From Eledone cirrhosa (Eukaryota): a stretch of DNA of 64,000 bases. Location of the stretch: assembly GCA_964016885.1 (NCBI GenBank), contig OZ024745.1, positions 48,794,001-48,858,000 on the forward strand, written 5' to 3'. The notes below the pieces were generated by a model, which made no database searches, was not told the origin of the DNA, and saw only the letters and a list, made by a program, of their open reading frames with translations. Both the position numbers and the translations under genes were made by a program. Shown piece by piece: positions 25,652-38,913 of this stretch. Within the stretch, counting starts at the first letter, position 1, and every line of letters starts with the position of its first letter.

Positions 25652-26021
25652 CTATTGTGTTTTGGAATGTGATCCAGATGCAGACCCAAGCTGCCCAGCA
25701 AGTGGAACTGATATAATTGAATTCCGCCTCTTAGCACTGCCTAGTGGCGTACAACCTCACCAGGATATTATCAGGCTTGTTGTCTTTAACCAAAATAAAA
25801 TGCACTTACGAAATACTCTATTTGAAATTCTTGAAAACCATCGAAGGTTGTTTAATATCAGACTAGAAGATGGCAAGGGTGTAGTGTCTACAAAAAGAAC
25901 CTTGCGAGGAGGACAAATATATAAAATTAAAGTACGAGCTAAATCATATGACCTAGCCAAAAGTTTGCGGTACCAAACCACATTTATTGTTTATATAACA
26001 ATGTCAGACTTTCCATATTGA
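25652..26021 (+). CDS. HMCN1: Hemicentin last coding exon: fibulin-type C-terminal domain, stop TGA
   Basis: tttaag| phase-2 acceptor; YCVLECDP...QDIIRLV...KGVVSTKR...YQTTFIVYITMSDFPY*. Confidence 0.93.
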
Positions 26022-26130
26022 GAGGTGAGTAATCAGAAGCAGTGGAAAATGCATGCACCATATTCTATATGGTACAGAAAAACTATAAAGTACAATTCAT
26101 TCAATTTTCAGTATTTTTGACTGAAGAATT

Positions 26131-26136
26131 AATAAA
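26131..26136 (+). terminator. Candidate poly(A) signal AATAAA of hemicentin (second candidate 26570-26575)
   Basis: AATAAA 110 nt after the stop with U/GU-rich sequence downstream; weak evidence in AT-rich DNA. Confidence 0.35.
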
Positions 26137-28804
26137 TTATATTTCATAGGTTTGTTGTGCAATATGCAGTATGCCAATTTAAAAAGTAAAAACGAAAAAA
26201 AAATTCATAAACTATATATCATTCAAATGAAAAATATGCACCAGTGTATTCTGTTTGGCTTGATGTTTTGCTCTGTTCTATAATTGTCGTGAAAATACAT
26301 TGACACCTTTTCATTACTGTCTATCATGTACACAGCAAGATTTAAATAAGAAAAAATGACTTTTTTCAAAAAAATCTGAGTTTGCAATCAAAATATTAAC
26401 AGGCAGATGGATTTCTCTCATCACCTCAATGATGGTGGATTTATTATTTATGCACAAAAAAAAAACATTCAGCTTATATATATATATATGTATGTGTATA
26501 TATATATATATATATAAATCACAATTTTTTTTTTTTACACTTAGTGTTGCTTATCTGGCTATTAAGTTTAATAAATTAAATAGAACATCTAATTTTGTAT
26601 TATTTGAATAATTTATATCATTCTATCAGGAGTTGCAACACAGATAATGGTTTGAACAACATAAAGACCAATGGAAACATATATAGTTTCCATTGGTCTG
26701 ATTTGACAATTGGCTTCTTTTTTTTCTTTCATTTTTTACATCATTAATAAAATCCAGGTGTGATGGCATGATGTTGGTCATAAGTCTGAAGAATATGCAT
26801 GTGTGTATGTACACCCACACATGCAAATGTTCTGATTTTCCTTGCCAGTTGCTGTTGTTTAGACTAAGGTCAACTTTGACTGAGCAAACCTAAGATTAAA
26901 AACTAGCATTGCAGCTATGAGATTGAGCAGCCAGATAGAGGCTTCCTTATTTGCTTGTTGGTAAGAAAATGATCCAAAGGTGCAAGGTATTATTTATCTT
27001 AATAATGACATTTTAGAAATTTAAAACATCATGTTCATGTCCATTTTTCCATGCTTGCATGGGTTAGATAAGTCCTCTTCAGCAAAGTATCCCTCCTTTG
27101 TTATATCCTTTGTGTGATTCATCACCTCTGACAAGTCTTCCATCAAACTACTTCTACCACAGCTTCCTTTCTATTTAGAAACCCTGGCATTTCTTTACCA
27201 AGTCATCATCATCCATACACATTAGGAATAATCTAAAACTGTAGAAATCTTGCCATACAAAGAGTCGAGTACTCTTCAGCTGTGCTATAGACATAACAAC
27301 CTCCCTAATGATGGTGTTCTACATGATAAACACACCCAGTACACTCTGTAAAGTAGTTGGTAATGAGAAGGGCATCAGTTGTAGAAAACCTACCAAAGGG
27401 TTTGGAAGACTCTGCAGTTGTGTCAAAGATATGACAACTTCTCTAGTGTTGGTGTCACAATAAAATGCACTCTGTAGAGTTTGGGGTCGTATGTAAGGTC
27501 CCAGCCCACCTGGATATCAGAGACTCCACTGACTAGTCAGTTATAACACATCCAACCCTTGCTAGCAAGGAAAACAGATGTTACAAAATGATAATGATGT
27601 CCACACCAGCCCAATCTACTCTCTTGTCAGAGAAAATGCTTTACAGTATTTGGTACAGCTCTTTATATTCTCAGTTCAAATCCCACCAAGGTCAACTTTG
27701 CCTTTCACCATACTGAGGTTGATAAAATGAACTACCAAAGAATATTGGGAAAACATTTGTTTAAATAACCTAGCATAGTCTCCTTTCATTTAGTGCATTA
27801 AACCAACACTTTCCATACTGGCATGCATTAGACAAGATTCTATGCCCTCCCTGAAGCCAAACCTTGCTTTCTTTTTTAAGTAAGATATAAATCTTCATAT
27901 GTTGAGCTGCTGAGCAGTACAATTTTATGCAGGACATAATCAAACACCACCTGTGCAAGAAATGCCAAATGTGAAGAGAAGACACACATATACACCTGCT
28001 AATGAAACTGGTGGGAGAGGATGCAGCCTTAAACTAGACACCTGATCCAAATACTTTCAACAGAGTGGACTTAGCTAAAAGTACCCAAGCCCCATTTTTT
28101 TCATGTCACCAGAACTAAAGAGGTTGTTGTGTTCTTGACACAACTGAGTCCTCTACAGTTCCTAACACCAACAACTTTACAGAATATACTGGGTGCATTT
28201 TATTATGGCACTAGCACAAAAGAGATTATCAAACCTTCTGCATATCTGAAGAGACCTCTCTACTCTGTTTTTATCATTCAAGCATAGGCTTCCTTGTTCC
28301 AAGGTGATGTGATCAATAGTAGAGACATAGTGGGACAGGTTAAAGTGGGTGTATGGTTGTGAGTGAAAAACTGATTCTGTGGATTTGTGTATGTAGCAGA
28401 CTTTTTACTATTTAGGTGACTACCTAAGACATTAAATTGGCAGGGATGTTAGAGCAACAAATTAAAAATTATTCAGTATTTGATCAGGCTTACTGCACTT
28501 TGGGATTAAATCCCACTGAAGTAAACTTTGCCTTTCATCTTTTTAAGGTCAATAAAGTACCAGTCCAGTACTGGGACCTATTCTTCCTTTCTCTCTCTTT
28601 TTTTTTTTACTTTCTTTCTCTGGAAGAAATTATCTGTGTTCCAACCTAAAGAAGGAAGGACTCTACCTGGTTTAAAATACCTAAGAAACACTGTGTCAGA
28701 AGTTAAAGGCCATAGAGGTACTACCATTTCAGAGTGTTTTGATTGACACAGGAAAGGTCTGGTCTGCTTGAAAGAAATTCTAGCAACTACCTAAAGAAAT
28801 TCCA

Positions 28805-28968
28805 AGAAATCCCAATAGAGGGAAGACCACGAAAAACATGGGCAGAGGTGGTGAGAGCAGACCTCAGATCGCTGAAGCTCACAGAGGAGATGACGAAGGA
28901 CCGTGGCAAGTGGAAAGATGCTGCAAGCAGGAAAAAACGGACGTAAAATGATGATGATGATGATAATG
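28805..28968 (+). mobile_element. RTE-like LINE 3' fragment
   Basis: GRPRKTWAEVVRADLRSLKLT, nearly identical to the 48515 copy, with (GAT)n tail. Confidence 0.85.
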
Positions 28969-29994
28969 ACCTATTCTGAAAAATCAGGATACATTTGTGT
29001 TAGACAGCAGGTTTACAATATTTCAATGTTATAAAGTTGTTCTATGCTAGTGTAAATATGGTTCTGTGAATGAAGAAGACTTTAAATTTCCTAAGTTAAA
29101 ATGACTGCCATAACTTAAGAGGCTACCTTAGTTGTTTAATTAAAGATGAATTCTGATTGAACAAACCTATGATCAAAGGTATTCATGTTGTCATGTATTT
29201 TTTTTTTTCATGTAACATGCATCCAGGACTACATCAACATCATTGTTTTATCCAATATGTATTTCCCTTTTTAAGATGGTAGGATGTGATTTGAGGATGA
29301 TTTAGCTGGTTTCTAGCAAATTAATGACCATATGCAGACTCTGTCATTGGTCCAAAGACACTATCATTTATTTATATAGTTGAATTTACCATATACAGAC
29401 AGTACAAGTCGCTGGAGAATATAACAAAAGAAAATGTCAGTTTCAGTTCTTGGAGTCATTGGATTGTCCGACACAAAAGACTTATAGTTAGTTGATTGGA
29501 ATGGGAGACAACTCATGGGAAACTGCAATAGCAGTTAACCTTTACACTAAGTTCATAACTAACTATAAAACAGGAAGCAGGAACCTATGGATCCAGAGCC
29601 ATATGTAGAGTTCTGAATGTTTTATCTTATTTTATTTTGTTTACTTTTTATTATTATGATTGAGGCAGAGCGGTGGATTAGCAGTCATTAGAGTGTTGGA
29701 CAAATTCTTAGTAGTATTTCTTTCAGCTCTTTATGTTATGAGTTCAAATCTCACCAAGATGAAATTTGCCTTTCATCCTTCAAGGGGGGAAGGGGTCAAT
29801 AAAATGTATCATTCGAGTACTGGGGTTGATATAATTGACTTTTCCCTCCACTTAAAATTGCTGGCCTTGTGCCTAAATTAGAAACCATTATTCTGACCGA
29901 GCAATTGCAGATAAGATTCCAAGCCTAAAACATATTTTCTTCTATGTATTTTTCTTTATAATAAATGATGTGGTTCTGATAGCTTTAAAAAAAT

Positions 29995-30562
29995 GCATAA
30001 CCAGACTGGAACCCCTATCTTGTTCAGAACATTGACTGCCTGGAAACTGTTCAGAGACGTGCAACCAAGCGAATACCCTCCATCAGGCATCTACCATACT
30101 CTGAATGCCTTGCTTTCCTGGGCATGGATACATTGAAGCTCTGACATCTGGCAACTGACTTGGTAAACATCCACAAAATCTTTAACCATCTTACCAACAA
30201 CAACCCTGAGCACCTTTTTGATTTCCATGTCTAACACACGTGGGCATGCCTACATAGTCAGAAAACAGCACAGCTCTCATGACTTTTGGAAACATTTTTT
30301 CACGCTCAGAGTTGCTGAAGCATGGAATAAACTAGCTGCATTAGTTGTTAGCTGGCGAGACACTGCACCTTTAAAACCTCCATGCTTCCTGAGATTCGCC
30401 AACACTACACCTGCCCCCCCCCCTCCATACACACAATGTATTTCATGACTCATACACTGTTCATTTTCCTGACATTTGTACATTATTCTATGTACTATAC
30501 ATGCACCTTTGATGAGTTGTAGTGCACCTGAGCACTGTACACAATAATTCCATTATTATTAT
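29995..30562 (+). mobile_element. CR1-like LINE 3' fragment
   Basis: NTRGHAY..RKQHSSHDF..HFFTLRVAEAWNKL plus 3' UTR and attattatt tail. Confidence 0.88.
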
Positions 30563-31469
30563 TTTTAAATGGCTCTTCAGGTTGAAAGGTTCCCAAAACC
30601 TTGCCATAAAGACACAACTTGAACTGGTTTTTTCACATTAAGTAATTATATTCTGCCAGGAGTTGCGACCAATAGATAGTATCAGCAATAGAAAGACCAA
30701 TAGAAACATTGTTTCCTTGGTCCGATTTGACGAGGTCCACGCCACTTGACAAGCAAATAAGGTCTGGGATCTTGTTGATCGATCAGAGCAAGCGATACAT
30801 GTATTTACAAAAATTCAGCATTTCTGACAACTAGAAAAAATGCTGCAAAAGTAAAGTAAATGAAAGACTGTCCATTAGTTTTAACAAGTTTTCCAGGCAT
30901 TTCATTAAAGGGAGCAAATATCACAAGGTATTTTGTCTTATGCTCTTCTGACTGCCAATTTGACACCACCTCATGACAGAATCAACAAGTTCGGAACTGA
31001 ATAACTAATATGTTGTCATTTTCTTTTTGGTTCTTTAAATCAACTGAGTTGTTATAGCTCAATTCTATATAGATTTAGCCAACTTGTTGTGATGTTTCAT
31101 CAGATGTCTCTTGGGTGTTTCAAAGATTAACCTTTTCATTAACATATTTCTATTGAAAAACACTGCCTATGATTTTCAAATAATTTTGAAAATAAGGAAT
31201 AATTTGAAGGGATTTAAATTTCCATCTAGTAAATTCACTCACAAAGCATTAGGTTTGTGGTTGTAATAGAAGTCACTTGACTAAAGCGACATGCAATGGG
31301 ACTGAACCTGAAACCACGTAATTACAAAGTGAACTTCTTACTTATACATCCATACCTGAACCTAAATCTAGTTGTATATCACTTGACTGGCTCAGTGTAC
31401 AAATATCTGAACAAATAACTTTGAAGAAAATATATGAAAATGCATGTTTGTTAAAGCTAACTTAATAAT

Positions 31470-31669
31470 TAATAATGAAATTATTGTGTGTAAAGTGCTC
31501 AGGTGCACTACAACTCGTCAAAGGTGTATGTATAGTACATAGAATAATACACAAATGTCAGGGAAGTACATGTGTGTATGTGTTAGCTGTAGTGTTGGCG
31601 GATCTCGGGAAGCATGGAGGCCTTAACAATTGATGCAGGTAGTTTGTTCCATGCTTCAGCAACTGAGCG
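31470..31669 (-). mobile_element. CR1-like LINE 3' UTR fragment
   Basis: gtgctcaggtgcactacaactc...catgcttcagcaact shared with other copies. Confidence 0.85.
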
Positions 31670-32181
31670 ATGTTTATAAATATAGCAGTGCCCCAACATA
31701 GCCATAGTCCATGATATAGAACAGTTAATAGACCACTAAACAGTATTTTTTTACAACTCAATATCTTAATATCTAATTTCAATTAAAATAAATTGCAATA
31801 AATTTCAAAGTTCAAAAACAAATATTAAATACTTTTTTTAATTTTCCTTTAAAATAAAATAATGAAATACAATCCAATAAAAAAAAATAATAATTTACAA
31901 AATTTAATTTCAAAGATTCATTTTTTAAAAATATCTTTCAACTCTTTAGTTCATAAAAAATCTTGTTTGTTTTCAATGTGTGTATGTTTGTGTGTGTGAA
32001 TAAAAGAATGGGGAGTAAAGATAGACAAACAGAGACAGATAGAGAGATAAAGACAGATAAAGGGATAGAGACAGATAGATAGACTACAAATAGGGAGAGG
32101 GGTAGAGAAATTTGAAATAAATTTCTTAAAATTTACTTTCTAAATACAGATCTCAAAAATATACCTTTTAACTTAGAATAT

Positions 32182-32464
32182 TCATGTATCAAGTGATTTT
32201 AAAAAATTATCTAAATTGTACTCAGATTCATACTGTTTCTCATCCCACAAGTCTCCAAGACTGTCTATTATGGAATGAATACTTTCTTGCTGGTTAAGCA
32301 GGTTTTTGTTTTTCAAGTCTTTAGAAGAATTAACTTTCTCACTGTTTTTCTGGTTGACATCCAAAATAAATAAATCTAAGAGTTGGTCTGTACCCATTGT
32401 TTTTAATGTGGAATTGTCCTGGCTGATCACTGTGTTAGCTATTGTCATCTTGAATTTCTGCAGT
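32182..32464 (-). CDS. BTAF1: BTAF1 last coding exon (LQKFKMTIANTVIS...LWDEKQYESEYNLDNFLKSLDT*)
   Basis: tacag| phase-2 acceptor; stop TGA at 32184-32182. Confidence 0.95.
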
Positions 32465-33212
32465 CTGTAATTTGAATGTAAGACATTGCAAAATTAAAAT
32501 CTGACCAAAAAAGAAAAATAAATAAATAAAATACATGCATGATGTTATTTAGTCATACCACCAACAAATATTTAAAGAGCCTTTTTCCCTGCTAAAACAA
32601 GTGTTAAACTTGTAGGCCTCATGACAGATCATGTGGTTTTTTTGGAAGCCATGTTTTACAGCCAAATACCCTTCCTGGCATTAACCCTTTTTGTCACTTC
32701 TTATGATACAGTGAACTTATTCTAAATCAGATACCACCATGCAAAAGAAAAATATTTTCAAAAACATATTTTTAAAATTATTTTTGTAGCTATGATGAGT
32801 TTACACTTACTGAATTTACATTCAAAAATGTATTACAATACCTCAAACTGAGTTTAAGGAAACATGACTGAAATTAATTGAAATGGAGCTTCTATTTAAG
32901 AACACTGTTTTATAAAAATACTATTATATCAAAGTATGAGCAGCTAAGTGGTTAGAATGTTGGTTTAACAATCGCAAGGTTGTGGGCTCAATCCCCAGAC
33001 CAGGCAGCATGTTATCTCCTTCAGCAAGGCACTTTATTTCTCATTTCTCCTGACCACTAAGCAGAAAATGAATGCAATAAATTTTACACAGCAAACATAA
33101 ATATAATTGAAAAATAGAATGACACGTTTCTGAAAAACTTAGAAACATTGGACTCAATGTAAATGCAATCCATACACTTAAATTGACCCTGTATTACAAA
33201 AATAAAACTAAC

Positions 33213-33304
33213 CCCATAATCTTCTCTTCAAGTGTTCCTCTGGTAATTAATCGATAAACATTAACAACTTTTTTCTGGCCAATTCTGTGTGCTCTGTCCA
33301 TTGC
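33213..33304 (-). CDS. BTAF1: BTAF1 exon ([30 protein letters not shown])
   Basis: ctaag| acceptor, |gttagt donor, 92 bp; helicase motif VI. Confidence 0.95.
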
Positions 33305-34422
33305 CTTAGATACAAATGATATTCAAAAGAAAAATATTTAAAAACACTCTACAACTGAATAATTGTTCATACATAAATATCTTTAGAAAAGATGCAGCAG
33401 CAAACTTACTGAAGTTATCATCAGATTTAATGATATATTATATATTATTAGGATAAATAGAACATTAGAAGGGAACAAAAGCTGGATGAGAACAGTGCAT
33501 CAGTTGTTTCAAGCTGCATCATCTTGAACATTTCCAGTAATTTATATAAACAAAATTGCAGATGTGTGTGTGTATTTTTGCTTATGTTTTATGATACTAA
33601 ATTGTCTATTCAATTTAACAAAATGTAAATGTAATGAACTTTTTTGCAATATCCTTTAAAAAATTTAGTTTTGAAACTTCACTGAAAATTTCATGTTTTT
33701 ATCTTTATTATTTATAAACTTAGAGCAAGTTTTGAACAGGCATGTTAAATAACTACCAATTTTCACTGTTCAGCTTGAGGAATTAGTCTCAAAATATCCT
33801 AACGTTACTCAGGGAAGCAATCAGAGGCAGTAGTGACAGCCATCAAGGAAGAAAGAGTAAATTAATTAAACTGGCAATGTATGACTGTACAACTTGTCAG
33901 CCCTATAATGATCAATTGTTTCCCCAGCCCTCTATGTTATTCAAAAACTGGGTATGTTCAAGACCCTTATATAAAAGTGCCTATGTTTTTGAAGAGGCAT
34001 AACGTCAGGTTCTCTGGATTTTGAAAAGATGGTAGAATTTTCTCCCTTACATTAGGAGATGCAGTTTCATGTAGAAGAAGGAGATTGAGATTTTTTTCAG
34101 GTTTTATAAACAAATATTTTTCTGTTGTGTATGATCAAATTCTGTGTATGAGGTGGCTTTGCTGTATTCCGTTGCCACACACTTCTATTTACTACTTACC
34201 ATTTATACCCAAAATCATTGTTGTTGTTACAGATCACACCTATTTAGGTTTAGCTGGCTTTCTACAAGTTTTATCCCATAGGAGGTTCTTCAGGTGTTTT
34301 AATGACAAGAGCCCTAGTCCTATCATGAAAACCAACATGAAATTGCTCTCTAGTTGTTTAGTTTTTAAATATTTAAACAAATATTTTATATATATTATAC
34401 TGAATTACTTAAAACGACTTTC

Positions 34423-34849
<427 letters not shown>

Positions 34850-35701
34850 CTATTCTTTAACAAAATAAACTATCATCATTTTAAACAAACAATAATCTTA
34901 CTAATAATTAACATCAATAAAATAAATTAAGTATTTAAAGAGAAGTAATGCATGAAAAAATAGACATTTAATGGTGGTGATGATATTGAAATATACGTCT
35001 AAACATCATACACATTTTAATACACACTAAAATAATTTTAATAGGAATTATTTGGTTTGGTATTTGTAATGAGGATGGGACATGGATAATTCATTTAAAT
35101 AAAAGAGGTCTTTGGTAGTAAAAGGGTTGTGAACTACTGTACTAGAATGACACATTAATATCATATTATGGATCAATAGTTCCTATCTACTATTAACTTT
35201 GCTTTCTTCAACATTTATGACTCAAATGAAAAACAAAGTTCCTTTGTATACTATATAAAAATAATTAATAGTTTAAATAAACAGAAATAACTTAATCACT
35301 TTTTCACATTGTTTTTTTTTCATTGTTTACTGTTGGATGTGCAATGTAAATGTGAGAGAAAGGCAGAGATTGGATGAACTGAGGAAGAAGAATCCAAAGT
35401 GGAGTGCAAGAGAGAAGACTGTGTTGGTACAGGTGAGTTAGGAATGTTAATTGGTGTTAGTTGTAATAAGGAGGGGGGGGGGGGGGGGGTCAGCTGGCCA
35501 TATGTGTATGGGGCCAACTGTGTGCATGCGTTGTGGTCAGTATGTGTATGTATATCTTCATGTGCAGTTACAGAGGTGTATTAGTGTATCCATGTGTAGA
35601 TGTATCCATGTGTAGATATAGGTAAAATTAGAAATATTTTGAAAATTAATTCCATTTTCATACACCGAAACTATTATAAAAACAAAAACTAAATTACTTA
35701 C

Positions 35702-35779
35702 CTATTAACTATGCTGTGTCGAGATCCAGCTGGAATGCTACCATCTAATCGTAAATAAGTCACATTTGGCATATGAATT
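35702..35779 (-). CDS. BTAF1: BTAF1 exon (IHMPNVTYLRLDGSIPAGSRHSIVN)
   Basis: tttag| acceptor, |gtaagt donor, 78 bp. Confidence 0.95.
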
Positions 35780-36292
35780 CTAAAATGAAAAAAAGTATAA
35801 CAATTGTTCAGTTATATAATTAACTAAGTATAACTAATTAACATTGAACAATTTTGTAACAAAAATAATCATTTAATGGCTCAGTTAAACTAGATTACAT
35901 AGAGAATTGCTAACTAAAAGAAAATTCATATTAAAACTGAAATTAAACCCAAAAAAAATACAAAAAGATTATAAAGTTGTGATTGAAGTTGGAAAATAAC
36001 TTTACAGAACACTTGCATATGGGAGGCTTCTTCTAAGAAAACATTCTGCTGTCCAGCTCTTGGAAGAGTTTCTTAATACAATACAATACAATACTATATA
36101 TATATATATATATATGTTTTACAAGGTTTTTGATATAATATCTAAACATAGGAATGACTCCACATTTAGACACATTAGGGAAGCTACAGAAACAGAATTA
36201 AGAAAACCTAGGCTGAATAGAAAATACTATATATATATATATTTGATGTTTACATCATCCAACATACTAAAAGTTCAGAGCAGTATACTTAC

Positions 36293-36433
36293 TTTAAAAG
36301 ATCATTTTCAACAATATTTAGCATACTTTTTAACTGACAAAAAAGTAATACTCGATGTTGGTTAACTACAGGTGTTGTTGAAGATAAATTGCCACCACTA
36401 GTTACTCCAATACCACAGTCATAAAGAAGTTGT
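36293..36433 (-). CDS. BTAF1: BTAF1 exon (QLLYDCGIG...QHRVLLFCQLKSMLNIVENDLL)
   Basis: tatag| acceptor, |gtaagt donor, 141 bp. Confidence 0.95.
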
Positions 36434-37011
36434 CTATAAAATAAAACGTTGAGTGTTTACTAGTTTAAAACAATACAAATTATATGCAAATTGTAATATA
36501 TATACATTGCAGGCATTGATTAGGCAGCTATGTCAAACTTTTGACAAGTGTCTTTTACTATAGCCTCAAGCTGATCAATGCCATATGAATGAAATTTGTA
36601 GATGGAAATTGTGGAAAAGCTTTCATGCATGTGCTTGTGTGTGTGCATTTGTTTGCACATGTGTCTTTGTTTTGCATTGATAATGCTTGGACACACAGTG
36701 ACATTGTGCCAATCACACCTCAATGGTTTGATGTGCAAAGATCAGTATCTTACTTAAAAAGAGGGGTTAGTGTCAAAAGGGGCATTTGGCCATAGAAAGT
36801 CTCATCCAATCCATGACAGGCGTGTGTAAGTTCCATCAGTTGGAACTTACAGTCAACATGGTATTACTTAACTCCTCAGAATGGGATCTCTGATATGCAC
36901 TTGATAGGTTTGTTACATGCTGCACTGCTGGAATGAAAATCAGTGCTGCAAAGACAGTGGCACTCATCCACTCAAGGAAGCCTGCACAATGTTCTCTACA
37001 TGTGAGTGGAA

Positions 37012-37550
37012 TTCACAGGTAGAGAAGTTCAAGAATCTTGAGGCCATGTTCATAAGTGATAGAAGGCAGGAGGCTGGATTACGTGCAAGAATTGCAGGAG
37101 CTGGTGCAGTAATGCGCCAGCTTCCAACTTGGTAAACAGAAGGGAAGTAAATGTAAAAGCCAAACTTGCTATCTTCAATTCAATATTTGTGTGCTTATCT
37201 ATGGTTATGAATCTTGGATAATGACCAAAAGAATACAATTGCGAATGCAAGTGGCTGAAATGGGGTTCCTCCAAAGGTTTTTGAAGTAATGTTATTTAAT
37301 AGATTAGAAAGTCACTCCAGGCAGAACTGCTACTTCAGCTCCAATACTAGAGGTATATGGTTAGAATGTCCCTGAAAAGAATTGCTAGACATATTTTATA
37401 AACAAAATCAACCGGCGAGGGGTAGAACCTGAGCAAGATGGTTAGATATCATCCTTACTTGAGGATCCAGCCAGATCAATTGGAGACAGTTACTTCTGAC
37501 AGGACCTATAAGGAGTGTTTGAGGACTCTGTACTCACAACTCTCCTAAGA
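37012..37550 (+). mobile_element. Degraded RTE-clade LINE fragment (different subfamily)
   Basis: VEKFKNL..F.SD.R...ARI..A, KAKLAIFNSIF, YGYESW.MT, QVAEMGFL with frameshifts. Confidence 0.7.
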
Positions 37551-37678
37551 TGTTTAATGTTATCTTTCTCTTTTTTTAAGCAATTTATTTTAAATATTTT
37601 TGATTTACATTTTTTTTAAATCAAAACTTCAAAATGAAAGAGAAATGAAAGAAAAACACAGAAATTGTAATGATATAC

Positions 37679-37827
37679 TTTAAAGCTGTCAATTTGGGTG
37701 CATGTTGAATATCTTGTAAAGTTGATTGTTGTGCTGAAAGTTGTTCTACAATCTCATTATATTTGGGATGTTGTGAAGACAAAACTAATGCAGGATGGTT
37801 GCATACTTTTCGCAAATATTGTAAAGC
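37679..37827 (-). CDS. BTAF1: BTAF1 exon (ALQYLRKVCNHPALV...HAPKLTAL)
   Basis: ttcag| acceptor, |gtatat donor, 149 bp. Confidence 0.95.
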
Positions 37828-37884
37828 CTGAAATATAAAGAAAAGGAAACTGATATATATATATATATGTGTGTGTGTATATAT

Positions 37885-38095
37885 ATGCTCCTATATGCTG
37901 ACGACCTAGTCCTAATAGCTGAATCGGTAGGAGAGTTAGAGGCAAAATTTCAAGAATGGAAGACCCCAGAGTTGAAAAGCCTAAAAGTAAATTTAGCAAA
38001 GACAAAAATCTTAATAAGTAGGAAAGAAGAGAGAAAGGTGATACCATCAGGAAAATGACCTTGTTCAATACATCAGAAAGGTGTGAGCAGAAATA
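37885..38095 (+). mobile_element. RT fragment of RTE-like LINE
   Basis: LLYADDLVLIAES..EL..K..EWK....LKVNLAKTKIL. Confidence 0.78.
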
Positions 38096-38292
38096 GAAAC
38101 CAAGCCAGAAACAGTTCTGGTCATCTGATCTGGCTTGTCTCACATCGGAACAACTCATTTAACCCATGCAAGTATGGAAAAATGGACATCAAATGGTGAT
38201 GATATATCATCATCACCATTTAATAGTATACTGTTAAATGGTATGAAATTAAATAGCATGAAAACAATACTGAACAAACAAAATATATCTAC

Positions 38293-38457
38293 CTGGAAGA
38301 TGTGAGTAGCACCTGGGTTGGATTTTTGTGGTTGTGTTGATGTCTTATTATTAATAACTGGCTTTGTATTATTTGTTGTTTCTTCATCCAAAGAATACAC
38401 ACTTTTCTCAACATTCTTTCTGGCATGTGAACGAGTAAAGTCTTCATACAGCTTCAC
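38293..38457 (-). CDS. BTAF1: BTAF1 exon (VKLYEDFTRS...ATHIFQ)
   Basis: tgcag| acceptor, |gtagat donor, 165 bp. Confidence 0.92.
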
Positions 38458-38545
38458 CTGCATTCAAAGTATTTCAGAATAATCAGAATCAAGAATAGAA
38501 TATTTCCTTCATAAAGTGAAATATAACAAAAATGAGGAGTGAAGT

Positions 38546-38760
38546 TTAACCCTTTAGCATTTCAACCGGCTGTATCTGGCCTGAATTCTCTCACCTCTTT
38601 CTGTTTAAACTGGCTGTAACTGGCCACTCATACTGTTAAGGTAAGGTATTGTTCTCAAAACAAATATCAAAATCTCATAGATTCAATATTATGTGAGGTA
38701 AAGACTTTACTGTGAAAATATAACAGTAAATATAGAGTAATCTAAATGCTAAAGGGTTAA
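38546..38760. mobile_element. piggyBac-like MITE family A
   Basis: TTAA + ccctttagcattt ... aaatgctaaaggg + TTAA (13-bp perfect TIR). Confidence 0.85.
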
Positions 38761-38782
38761 AAAGTATTTAAAATGATATTAC

Positions 38783-38913
38783 CTGTAATGGGCTCAAATC
38801 ACAATAGTAGTCCTGCATTATCTTGGGAGGTAAATCTTGCAATACATCATCCTTCAATCTACGTAATATAAATGGTAATACCTGCCGGTGAAGAGATTCC
38901 ATAGCTAAAGCTC
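38783..38913 (-). CDS. BTAF1: BTAF1 exon (ALAMESLHRQVLPFILRRLK...LSPLQ)
   Basis: tacag| acceptor, |gtaata donor, 131 bp. Confidence 0.95.

Larger units (their letters stand above)
1079..26021 (+). other. HMCN1: Hemicentin-1-like gene, 3' part (17 coding exons; 5' end upstream of window)
   Basis: Spliced translation gives TSP1, G2F (SPVYWTTAKE..NGFTLT, DGNLLLDIVV, YIQTGPG, PYAWNHSI), cbEGF array and C-terminus YQTTFIVYITMSDFPY*, matching hemicentin-1 architecture; all introns GT-AG with consistent phases. Confidence 0.92.

Noticed and set aside
26626-26705. Short resemblance to the U8 snoRNA 3' end (caggagttgcaacac, gtctgatt) and U12 snRNA (ggagttgcga at ~30659)
   Set aside because: Matches are too short, spacing is wrong, and no C box or Sm site is evident
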